Below are positions 39,315 through 49,506 of a DNA stretch of 64,000 bases, piece after piece. Where the stretch lies: the NCBI RefSeq assembly GCF_963921235.1, contig NC_086108.1, positions 103,666,001 to 103,730,000 on the forward strand, read 5' to 3'. How positions within the stretch are numbered: the first letter of the stretch is position 1; every line of letters starts with the position of its first letter. A program made the position numbers and the translations under genes. The notes under the pieces are model-generated. The model was given only the letters and a program-made list of their open reading frames with translations, ran no database searches and had not been told where the DNA came from. This DNA comes from Mobula hypostoma. Its lineage: Eukaryota.

Positions 39315-39377
39315 GTGGTGGGTGGATGGATGGGTGGGTGGGTGTGTGTGTATGTATATGTATGTATGTATGTATGT
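39315..39377 (+). repeat. Compound microsatellite (GGGT/GGAT/GT/GTAT)n
   Basis: Direct reading, starting ~20 bp after the MIGA1 exon-2 donor. Confidence 0.85.
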
Positions 39378-39851
39378 AGCAGGTCTCGGGAGCCAGTGAA
39401 GTTGCACCTCCAGTGAGTAATTTATTTTAAAGAAGGCGTGGTTTGGAAATTAGACTTTTGGCTGACTTTTGAAACGATGCCATTTTGGCAACACCCAAAT
39501 TATAAAAGTCAATGCCCGATGTAGGAGGAACTCAGCATCCCACGGAGAGGGAAGGGCCAAGGCTCTTCCTCAGGACTGGAAAAGAAGGAGAGAAGAAGCC
39601 AGAATAAGGTGGGGAGGGGTGGAGGAGTACGAGCCGGCAGGTGATAGGTGAGGGGGAAGGTCGGTGGGTAGGGAGGGGGAGATGAAGTGAGAAACTGGAA
39701 TGTAATATGACCATGAGACATAGGAGCAGAATTAGGCCATTTGGCCCATCGAGTCTGCTGTACCATTCAATCACGGCAGATCATTTTTCTTCTCTCTTTC
39801 CCCTCCCCCAACCCCATTCCCGGGCCTTCTCCTGGTAACCTCTGATGCCAT

Positions 39852-40430
39852 GACAATAGACAATAGGTGCAGGAGTAGGCCATTCGGCCCTTCGAGCCAG
39901 CACCGCCATTCACTGTGATCATGGCTGATCATCCACTGTCAGTATCCAGTTCCTGCCTTATCCCCATAACCTTTGATTCCACTATCTTTAAGAGCTCTAT
40001 CCATCTCTTTTTTGAAAGCATCCAGAGACTTGGCCTCCACAGCCTTCTGGGGCAGAGCATTCCATATATCCACCACTCTCTGGGTGGAAAAGTTTTTCCT
40101 CAACTCCGTTCTAAATGGCCTACCCCTAATTCTTAAACTGTGGCCTCTGGTTCTGGACTCACCCATCAGTGGGAACATGCTTCCTGCCTGCAGCGTGTCC
40201 AATCCCTTAATAATCTTACATGTTTCAATAAGATCCCCTGTCAGCCTTCTAAATTCCAGAGTATACAAGCCCAGTCGCTCCAATCTTTCGACATATGACA
40301 GTCCCGCCATCCCGGGAATGAACCTTGTGAACCTACGCTGCACTCCCTCAATAGCAAGAATGTCCTTCCTCAAATTTGGAGACCAAAACTGCACACAGTA
40401 CTCTAGATGTGATCTCACCAGGGCCCTGTA
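39852..40430 (-). mobile_element. CR1 fragment, same subfamily as 3574-4792, nested in another CR1 (39710-39851 + 40431-40920)
   Basis: Protein nearly identical to the ORF at 3664-4008. Host text ..GATGCCATGACAAT|CAAGAACC.. is split. Confidence 0.92.
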
Positions 40431-40924
40431 CAATCAAGAACCTGTTAATCTCTGCCTTAAATACACTCAACAACTTGACCTCCACAGCTGCCTGTGGTAA
40501 CAAATTCCACAAATTCACCACCCTCTGGCTGAAGAAATTTCTCCGCATCTCTGTTTTAAATGGATGCCCCTCTGTCCTGAGGCTTTGTCCTTTTGTCCTA
40601 GACTCTCCCACCACGGGAAATATTTTTTTCCCACATCTGCTCTGTCCATTCGAAAGGTTTCAATGAGATTCCACCCCCCATCCTTCTAAATTCCAGCGAA
40701 TACAGACCCAGAGCTATCAAACATTGCTCATATGATCCTTGTGAACCTCCTCTGAACCCACTCCAATTCTTAGATGAGGAGCCCCAAAACTGTTCACAGT
40801 ACTCAAGGTGAGGCCTCACCAGTGCCTTATAAAGCCTCAGCATCACATCCCTGCTCTTGTATTCAAGCCTTCTTGAAACGAATGCTAAACGTTGCATTTG
40901 CTTTCCTCGCCACCGACTCAACGA

Positions 40925-41465
40925 CACTGTGATAGGTGGAAAAGGTAAGTGGCTGGAGAAGAAGGGATCTGATAGAAGATAACAAAGGAGTAATGACTCC
41001 AAAGGGAGGTGATGGCAGGTAAGGAGAAGAGAAAGGTTGAGAGAGTAACCAGAATGAAAAAGAGAGAAGGGGGAAGGAGAAGAATTTACCAGAAGTTAGG
41101 GACATCAATGTCCATGCTACCAGATTGGAGACTACCCAGGCACAATAGAAGCTGTTGCTCGTCCAACCTGAGTCTGGCCTTGACGTGGCAGTAGAGGAAG
41201 CCATGGGCTGTTGTGTTGGAATTGGAAGTACCCACCCTCTTCCTCTCACTTGGTTTCACCTATCACTTGCCAGCTTGTATTCCTTCCCCTTCCTTAATCT
41301 GGGCTCTTCCCCCACCGCCTTCCTTTCCAGTCCTGAGGAAGGGTCTGGGCTCGAAATGTCGACTGTTCATTCCCCTCCATGGATGCTGCCTGATCTGCTG
41401 AGTTGCTCCAGTGTTTTGTGTGTGTTACTCAAGATTTACAACATCTGCAAAATCTCTCTTGTTTT
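40925..41465. mobile_element. Penelope-like fragment with inverted terminal repeat
   Basis: Minus-strand GIY-YIG C-terminal remnant followed by a plus-strand terminal repeat containing CTGAGGA..GAAATGTC. Confidence 0.75.
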
Positions 41466-42689
41466 AAAAAAAAACATGTACAGTCATTTGGAACAATGCC
41501 ATTTAGGTTAAGAATTTGCATAAGTTAAAGCGTCTACCCACGGCAAATCCAACTCTGTTTATAAGGAATCCCTGGTTTGCAGCAGTCTCTGGGAGTCTGT
41601 CAGTGCTTAAGGTTAGAAATGATGGAAATACTCAGTGGATCAGGCAGCATTTGTGGAGAGACAACTGTCAGTATCTTCGAGTTCAAAGTACATATATGTC
41701 ACCATATACAACCCTGAGATTCATTTTCTTGCGGGCATACTCAGTATAACCATAACAGTCAATGAAAGACCACTCCAACTTGGTGTTCAACTAGAGTGCA
41801 GAAGGCAACAAACTGCGAGTACAAGAAGAAGTAATAATAATAAATAAATAATCAATAACTATTGAGAACATGAGATGAAGAGTCCTTAGTTGTGGAACAT
41901 TTCAATGATGGGGCAGGTGAAATTGAGTGAAGTTAACTCCTGCTCGATGGTAGCTGTGAGAAGATAGCATGGGCTGAATGGTGGAGACCTTTGAAAGTAT
42001 ATTGGAATGTACTTAAGAATATGTATTGTGATTTTAAAAAAAATAAGTACTTTATTTATTTTATTATGCTGAGTCGGCCCTTCAAGCCATGTCACTTGGC
42101 AACCCATAATTTAACACTAGCCTAATCATGGGATATTTACAATGACCAATTAATCTACAAACAGCTTCTCTTTGGACTGGAAGTGAAACTGGAGCACCCG
42201 GAGGAAACCTACACGGTCGTGTGGAGAATGTACGAGCTCCTTACAGGCAGTGGCAGGAATTGAACCTGGGTCGCCTGTACTGTAAAGCATTGTGCTAACT
42301 ATTATGCTATGGTGCTGCCCATAAATTACACAGTGCCTGGACAATGAGTTTGAAATACTGAATTGTAAGGTTTTAATTAGGCTTATTGACACATTATGGC
42401 CAGGTTGTTGGTCTCAACACCACTTTCTGGATGGTTCTTGTAACCTTTCTTTCTCATTACAAACCTATCGGGGACTGTTTGGCCTTACAATCTACCTAAT
42501 GATCTTTCCCTTTCGGAGACGTAGCAGCAGACCATCGAGTCTACTTCACCGTTTTATCATGGCTGATTCATTTCCTTTTCAATCCCATTCTCCTGCCTTC
42601 TGTCTGTAACCTTTTACTCTCGGACTAATCAAGAACTTATCATCCTCTGCCTTAAATATACCCAATGACTTGTCCTCCACAGATGCCTT

Positions 42690-44405
42690 CAGGCTTCTAT
42701 ACCTCCTACCTGATGGGGGTCCTTAATGGATGCTGCTTTCTGAGACACCACTCCTTGACACGTGGGCACATGGCCAAGTGGTTAAGGCATTGGACTAGCG
42801 ACCTGAAGGTCGTGAGTTCGAGCCCCAGCCGAGGCAATGTGTTGTGTCCTTGAGCAAGGCATTTAATCACACATTGCTCTGTGACGACACTGGTGCCAAG
42901 CTGTATGGGTCCTAATGCCCTTCCCTTGGACAACATTGGTGTCATGGAGAGGGGAGACTTGCAGCATGGGCAACTGCTGGTCTTCCATACAACCTTGCCC
43001 AGGCCTGTGCCCTGGAGAGTGAAGACTTTACAGGCGCAGATCCATGGTCTCGCAAGACTAACGGATGCCTTCATTATTTATTTTATCTACTCCTTGAAGA
43101 TGTCCTGGGTACTTTGTAGGCTAGTACCCAAGATGGAGCCAACTGATTAAAGACAATCTGCAGCTTCTTTCAGTCCTGTGCAGTAGCCTCCCCCACCCCA
43201 CCTCATACCAGACAGTGATGCGGCCTGTCAGAATGATCTCCACAGTACATCGATAGAAGTGTATTTGTTGACATACCAAATCTCCTCAGACTCCTAATGA
43301 AGTATAGCCACTGTCTTGCCTTCTTTAGAGTTCCATCGATAATGTTGGGACCAGGTTAGGTCCTCAGAGATCTTGACACCCAGGAACTTGAAACTGCTCA
43401 CTCTGTCCACTTCTGATCCCTCTATGAGGAGTGGTATGTGTCTTTCGTCTTACCCTTCCTGAAGTCCACAATCAGCTCTTTTGTCTTACTGACATTGAGT
43501 GCCAGGTTGTTGCTGCGACACCTTTTCAGTAGTTATCTCACTCCTGTGCGCCCTCTCATCTCTCATCTCTCATTCTACCAGCAATGGTTGCATCATCAGC
43601 AAATTTATAGATGGTATTTGAGCTATGCCCAGCCACACAATCATGGGTTATATAGAGAGTAGAGCAGTGGGCTAAGCACACATCCCTGAGGTGCACCAGT
43701 GTTGATCGTCAGCAAGGAGGAGGTATTATCACCAATCTGCACAGGTTGTTGTCTTCCGGTTAGGAAGGCGAGGATCCAATTGCAGAGGGATGTACAGAGG
43801 CCTAGTTTCTGTAACTTATTAGTCAGGATTGTGGGAATGATAGTGTTAAATGTTGAGCTATATTTAATGAACAGCATTCTGACATAGGTGTTTGTATTGT
43901 TCAGCTGGTCTAAAGGTGTGTGAAGAGTCATTGAGATTGCGTCTGCCATTGACTTATTGTGACAATGGACAAATTATAGTGGGTTCAGGTCCTTGCTGAG
44001 GCAGGAGTTCAGTCTGGATATGACCAGCCTCTCAAAGCATTTCATCACTGTAGATGTGAGTGCTACCGGGTGACAGTCATTAAGGCAGGCCACATTATTC
44101 TTCTTAAGCACTGGTATAATTGCTGCCATTTGAAGCAAGTGGGAACTTCCGCCCATAGCAGTGAGAGGTTGAAAATGTCCTTGAGTACTCCCGCTAATTG
44201 GTTGGCACAGGTTTTCAGAGCCATACCAGGTACTCCATCGGGACCTTCCGCTTTGTGAGGGTTCACCCTCTTTAAGGACAGCCTAACATCGGCCTCCAAG
44301 ACAGAGATCACAGGGTCACTGGGTACAGCAAGGATCTTTACGGCTGTAGTTATATTCTCCCTTTCAAAGCGGGCATAGAAGGCGTTGAGTTCATCTGGTA
44401 GTGAA
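42690..44405 (-). mobile_element. Rex-Babar LINE RT fragment
   Basis: [64 protein letters not shown]. Confidence 0.9.
42759..43088 (+). mobile_element. tRNA-derived CORE-like SINE inserted in a Rex-Babar LINE
   Basis: A and B boxes, (TTTA)n-like tail and 9-bp TSD ACTCCTTGA (42750-58, 43089-97). Confidence 0.9.
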
Positions 44406-44764
44406 CCTATTTGATAAATTTCAACAAGATTTCTCTTTCCCCCCCCCCCACCATTCTTCTAAACTCTTAAACTTCCTAAATTCTTCCCCTTAAATTCACA
44501 TTCCCAACTGCACTGTAGAAGCATTTTTGCTAGAAGGATTTAAGTTGGTTTAAGGCAGTTCACAGCCACCTTAAGGGCCGTTCAAGATGGGCTGCAAGTA
44601 CGATCTTTAAAATATTTCACCATTATAGAGGCAGAGCCGTGCAGCTTTACAAAAAGCGGTGGATCACCAGCAAAGTCCTCACCGCCACTGAGCACATCTA
44701 TAAGGAACAATGCTTTCCTGCCTGCTTTTTTTGTCCTGGACAGTGATGGCAGATCAATGATTTT

Positions 44765-45230
44765 TTTTTCTACTGACGTGACAGCTCACAGTAGTTTTTG
44801 TACATTGTGAGAGGATACCTTACCAAACCAGGCAGTGATGGCTGATCTGAGGAAGCTCTCTGTGATGGCAGTGTAGAAATGCACCAGTATGTTCTGGGGG
44901 AAGATGGAATTTTGCCAACTGCTGCAGGAAGTACATCCTCGGCCGAGCCTTTTTGTTAATGAAACACACGTGGTTGTTCCACGTTAAGCAACGGTGCTCA
45001 GGAAACAATGTTGAAATGGTGCTGTCTGTAGAGTTGTAGATGATGCGTCATGTCAGTGGAGGGGAGACTCGTTTCTCCCGAGGTCAATATGCGTCTCCAC
45101 AGTTTTGAGGGCATTCAGCTCCAAGTTGTTGTGGTTGCACCAGATCGCTATCGTGTTTACTTCCTGGTTGTACTTGGATTGGTCGCCTATGGTGACTAGA
45201 CCACCTTCAACACAACAAACCATCAGAAAT
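44765..45230 (-). mobile_element. Second Rex-Babar/L2-like RT fragment
   Basis: WCNHNNLELNALKTVE, LTWNNH..KKARPRMYFLQQL. Confidence 0.75.
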
Positions 45231-45439
45231 TCACACCTTGGGTGCATTCTTAAATTTTGAGATAGGGGTCAGGTTTAAGGTGCTAACTTATATTAATGGA
45301 GAGGCTTGGGCAGAATGGTCGTGATGGGAGTTCTACAGAGATGCTTAAATAAATCGAAAACACTGCCGTTAGTGTGCCAGTGTCTCCGCATCTCATTGCT
45401 TATTGTCTCGCCTTGTTCACCAATCACTTCATCAACAAC

Positions 45440-46310
45440 ACACACACACACACACAAACTGTTGGAGGAACTCAGCAAGTCTGACAGCATTCGATGGTAA
45501 TAAATAAACAGTAAATAAATAAATAAATAAACGTTTCGGACCAAGACCGTTCATCGGGACTGGAAAGGAAAGGGGACAAGAGCTGGAAGGCGGGTGGAGT
45601 CCAAGCTAGCTGGTGATGGGTGAAATCAAGTGAGGGGGAAGGTGGGGGCCGGGGTGGTGAAGTAAGAAACTGGGAGGTGATGGGTGGAAGAGGTAAAGGA
45701 CTGAAGAAGGAAGCTGATAGAGAGGATGGTGGACCATGGAAGGAAGGAGAGGGGGAACCAGAGGGAAGTGATTGGTAGGTGAGAAGATGATAAGGGGTGA
45801 GAGGGTAACCAGAATGGGGAATGAAAAAAGAGAAAGGGCAAGAGGGCAAAATTCCCCCTCCATATTCTTTTCCAGCGATGCTGCCTGACCTGCTGAGTTC
45901 CTCCAGCATTTCCGTGCGTTGCTCTGGATTTCCAGCATCTGCAGAATCTCTTGTGTTTGTGACTTTATCAACAAGTGATGAAGTGATAAACATGTGATGA
46001 TTATGGTGTTTTAGAATCAGCTATAGACATTCCCTGTGGTATTATCACAAACAAGAGAAAATCTGCAGATGCTGGAAATCAAAGTAATGCACACAAAATG
46101 CTGGAGGAACTCAGCATACCAGGCAGCATGTATGGAAAGGAGTAAACAGTCGACATTTTGGGCTGAAATCCTCCACCCATCTCATTCTGGCTTCTGCCCC
46201 CTTTCCTTTGCAGTCCTGATGAAATGTTTTGGCCTGAAGCATCAATTGTGTACTCTTTTCTATAGATGCTGCCTGACCTGCTGAGTTCCTCCAGTTTTTT
46301 GTGTGTGGTA
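45440..46310. mobile_element. Cluster of Penelope terminal-repeat-derived elements in alternating orientation
   Basis: Four copies of the TGCTGGAGGAACTCAGCA../..TGCTGAGTTCCTCCAG module with hammerhead-like cores. Confidence 0.75.
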
Positions 46311-46399
46311 ATACTGAACCAACTAATCAAGTCAATCCCCATTTATGTTCCTCCCCCTCCCTCTCCCATATCGCCACCCCCCCCTCCCACTTGTTTTAG

Positions 46400-46598
46400 G
46401 TAAAGCTCTCCCCTTTTGTTAGGAAGCTCATCCTGATCTCTGTGGTGGGGGCGACCTCCTTTGCTATTTTGGCCCATCAGTTGAAACGAAAGCGAAGGAA
46501 GAGGAAACAGGAGGAGGAGGAGGTAGTGAAGGTGCAGATGCCATGGGAGCAAGAACTTTTTATTCCGGAATTTTCCAGAACAGTAGCATCAGAAAAAG
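46400..46598 (+). CDS. MIGA1: Mitoguardin-1 exon 3 (outer-membrane TM segment plus basic cluster)
   Basis: TTTTAG|...G|GTAGG exon: VKLSPFVRKLILISVVGATSFAILAHQLKRKRRKRKQEEEEVVKVQMPWEQELFIPEFSRTVASEK(G). Matches recalled MIGA1 IKFSPVAKKLFVVTAVSAISVIFLAHHFKRKRGKKKGKILPWEPEHLILEYTKRAASDKG. The head-to-head USP33-MIGA1 arrangement matches human synteny. Confidence 0.93.
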
Positions 46599-46649
46599 GT
46601 AGGAGTGATTTTTTTTTCTTCAGTTTTATTGTTGTTTTTCTCTTATTTA

Positions 46650-47615
46650 TTTAATGTAACCTTTGACGCCCTTACTAATCAAGAACATAGCATCCTGTGC
46701 TTTAAATATACCCAGTAATTTGGCCTCCACAGATGTCTCTGGCAATGAATTCCACAGATTCACCACCTTCTGGCTAAGAAAATTCTTCTCATCTGTTCTC
46801 TTGGGATGTCCTTCTATTCTGAAGCTGTGCCCTCTGATCTGCGACTCTGCCACTACAGGAAACATCCTCTTCACGTCCGCTCTGTCTAGGCCTTTCAATA
46901 TTCAATGGCTTTCAATAAGATCACCCCTTCCCCTTCATTCATCTAAACTCCAGTGAGTACAGCCCCAGAGGGATCAAGCATTCCTCATACATTAACCCTT
47001 TCATTCCCAGGATCATTCTCATGAATCTTCTCTGGACCCTCTCCAATGCCAGCACATACTTTCTTAAATAAAAGACCTAAAACTACTCACCATATTCAAA
47101 GTGCAGTCTGACCAATGTCTTATAAAGCCTCAGCATTACATCCTTGCTTCAATATTCTATTACTCTGGAAATTAATGCTAACATTGCATTTGCCTTCCTC
47201 ACCACTGACTCAGCCTGTAATTAATCTTTAGTCCTGCATGAGGACTCTGGAGTCCCTTTGCACCTCTGATTTCTGAATTCGCTCCCTTTAGAAAATAGTC
47301 TATACCTCTTCCTTTTACCAAAGGTCATGACCGTACACTTCCCTACACTATATCCCATCTACAGTTTCTTTGCCCCATCTACAGTTTCTTTGCCCATTCT
47401 CCTAATCTCTCCAAGTTCTTCTGCAGACTTTCTGCTTCCTCTGAACTTGCCCCTCCACCTATTTTCATATGGTCTGCGACCTTGCAACAATGCCATCAAT
47501 TCCATCATCCAAATCATTGACACATAACCTGAAAAGGATTGGTCCCAACACTGACCCAGATGGACACCACTGGACACCAGCAGCCAACCAGAAAAGGCTC
47601 CCTTTATTCCATTGC
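46650..47615 (-). mobile_element. CR1 LINE 3' fragment
   Basis: KGLDRADVKRMFP..IRGHSFRI..FLSQKVVNLWN and upstream RT remnants. Confidence 0.88.
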
Positions 47616-49010
47616 CAACATAACATATTCAGAACTTTCTAACCCTATCTGAATGTCTCTGGAATGTGGGAGGAAACTGACCTTATGGTCACAGGGAGAA
47701 CATAAAAACTTCTCACAGACGTTGGTGGAAACTACCCCCCCCCCCCATTGCTGGCGCTGTAGCGCATTATATTAACTGCCATGTTAGCATGTTGACCTTC
47801 CCAATTCTGACGAAGAGTCTTCGACTTGAAATGTTAACTGTTTCTCCTCCCACAGGTGTGGCCTGACTTGCTGAGGTCTTTCTGTTTCTTTTTAATTTTA
47901 AATTTCCAATAGATTCTTTATAATTTCTTACCTAAGATACTAGTTTATTGACTTAATCACAATGCCCTTGTGTATAAAAGCAAGCTATTTGGTCTAAAAT
48001 TACATGTTCCTGTTCATTCTCTCCTTAGATCTTCTTGCTTTCTTTATCCACGCCCAACCCTCCCCATCTACTCTTATTTCTTTATCCTTCCTATTTTTAT
48101 CCTGTCTGTCTGTCCTTCAGTTAAATCACTGGTGTCCTGCCCTTTCCCTTCATTTGCTGTTTGCAGTATAGGGTACCAGAGCACATTCCTTGCATTGCTG
48201 AGCTAATATCCAGCTGTCTGGACTGATTTTCGAGTAAAATGAATTTGTATCTTACATTTGGCAGTGGTACATTTAAAATTAAGGTATTTTGATAAATTTG
48301 CAATAAAAATTAGTAAGGGTGGCATAGCGGGTTAGCAGAATGTTTTACAGTGTCAGCTGTTAGATTGGGGTTTGATTCCTGTTGCTGTCTGTAAGAAGTT
48401 TGTAAGCCTGTGACCATGTAGATTTCCTCTGGGTGCTCCGGTTTCCTCCCACGTGCCAAAAAGGCATACAGGTTGGAGTTTGTGAGTTGTAGGCATACTA
48501 TGTTGGCGCTGAAAGAATGGAGATAATTGAGGGTTCCCTGGCACAATCCTCGCTGATTTGATTTGATGCCAAGTGACACATTTAACTGTGTGTTTCAATT
48601 CACATAATACTATCACAGCGCCAGTGACCCAGGTTCAATTCTGTTGTTGTCTAAGCAATTTTACGTTCTCTCAGTGACCACTTGGGTTTCCTCCGGGTGC
48701 TCTGGTTTCCTCCCACATTCCAAAGATGTACAGGTTAGTACAGTAGTTGGTTACAGGGGTATAATTTGGTGGCAAGGGGTCATTGCACCAGAAGGACCTG
48801 TATTGTGCTGTATCTCCAATATATAAAATACCAGGACCATTGAGTACATTTAAAGTGCACGCTGATTGCTTCTTGATTAGTCAGGGCATCAGAGGTTATG
48901 AGGACAAGGCAGGAAATGGGGTTGAGAGGGATAATAAATCAGCCATGATGGAGTGGTGGACCAGACTTGGTGGGCCGAATGGCCTAATTCTGCTCTGGCT
49001 TGCACTCTTA

Positions 49011-49506
49011 AGGCTGATTTATACTTCTGTGTACGGGCTACGCCATAGGCCTGATTTATACTTCTGCGTTGGCTCTATGCTGTAGCCTACACTGTAGCAA
49101 GCATGTGTTGGTGTGTCTCCGTCACTCTGCAATTCACCGCCAAAACGCTAGTTGGCGGTGGGGTTTCTATGCCACTGTGTTAAGATTCTTCATGAGAGAC
49201 ATGGATGAAGAAATGCTTTTCAAATATTTTCGGATGTCGGCAGGTAGATTTGATGATTTGGTTCATCGTCTCCAACCACTTATTTTGCATCGGTGTACGC
49301 ACAGTATGCCTACAGACATGACGGAGAAAAAGCAACCGGAAATGCGTAGGAGGAAATGTGATGCTACCAAGCAGACCAATCACAGTTGTTGTGGTCTGTG
49401 TCGCCGCGACGCATGAGTTACTTTTTTGGGGAGGTGCACGTCACCCTGCGGCGTAGGGTACGCAGTACCTATGGTGTAGATTTGACGCAGAAGTATAAAC
49501 CAGGCT
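49011..49506 (+). mobile_element. Internally deleted PIF/Harbinger transposon
   Basis: TIRs AGGCTGATTTATACTTCTG / CAGAAGTATAAACCAGGCT (17/19 match) and TTA TSD. Transposase N-terminal remnant DEEMLFKYFRMSAGRFDDLVHRLQPLI. Confidence 0.9.

Noticed and set aside
42762..42835. tRNA gene
   Set aside because: No proper anticodon or acceptor stems. It is the head of a SINE with a TSD, as is 1060-1135.
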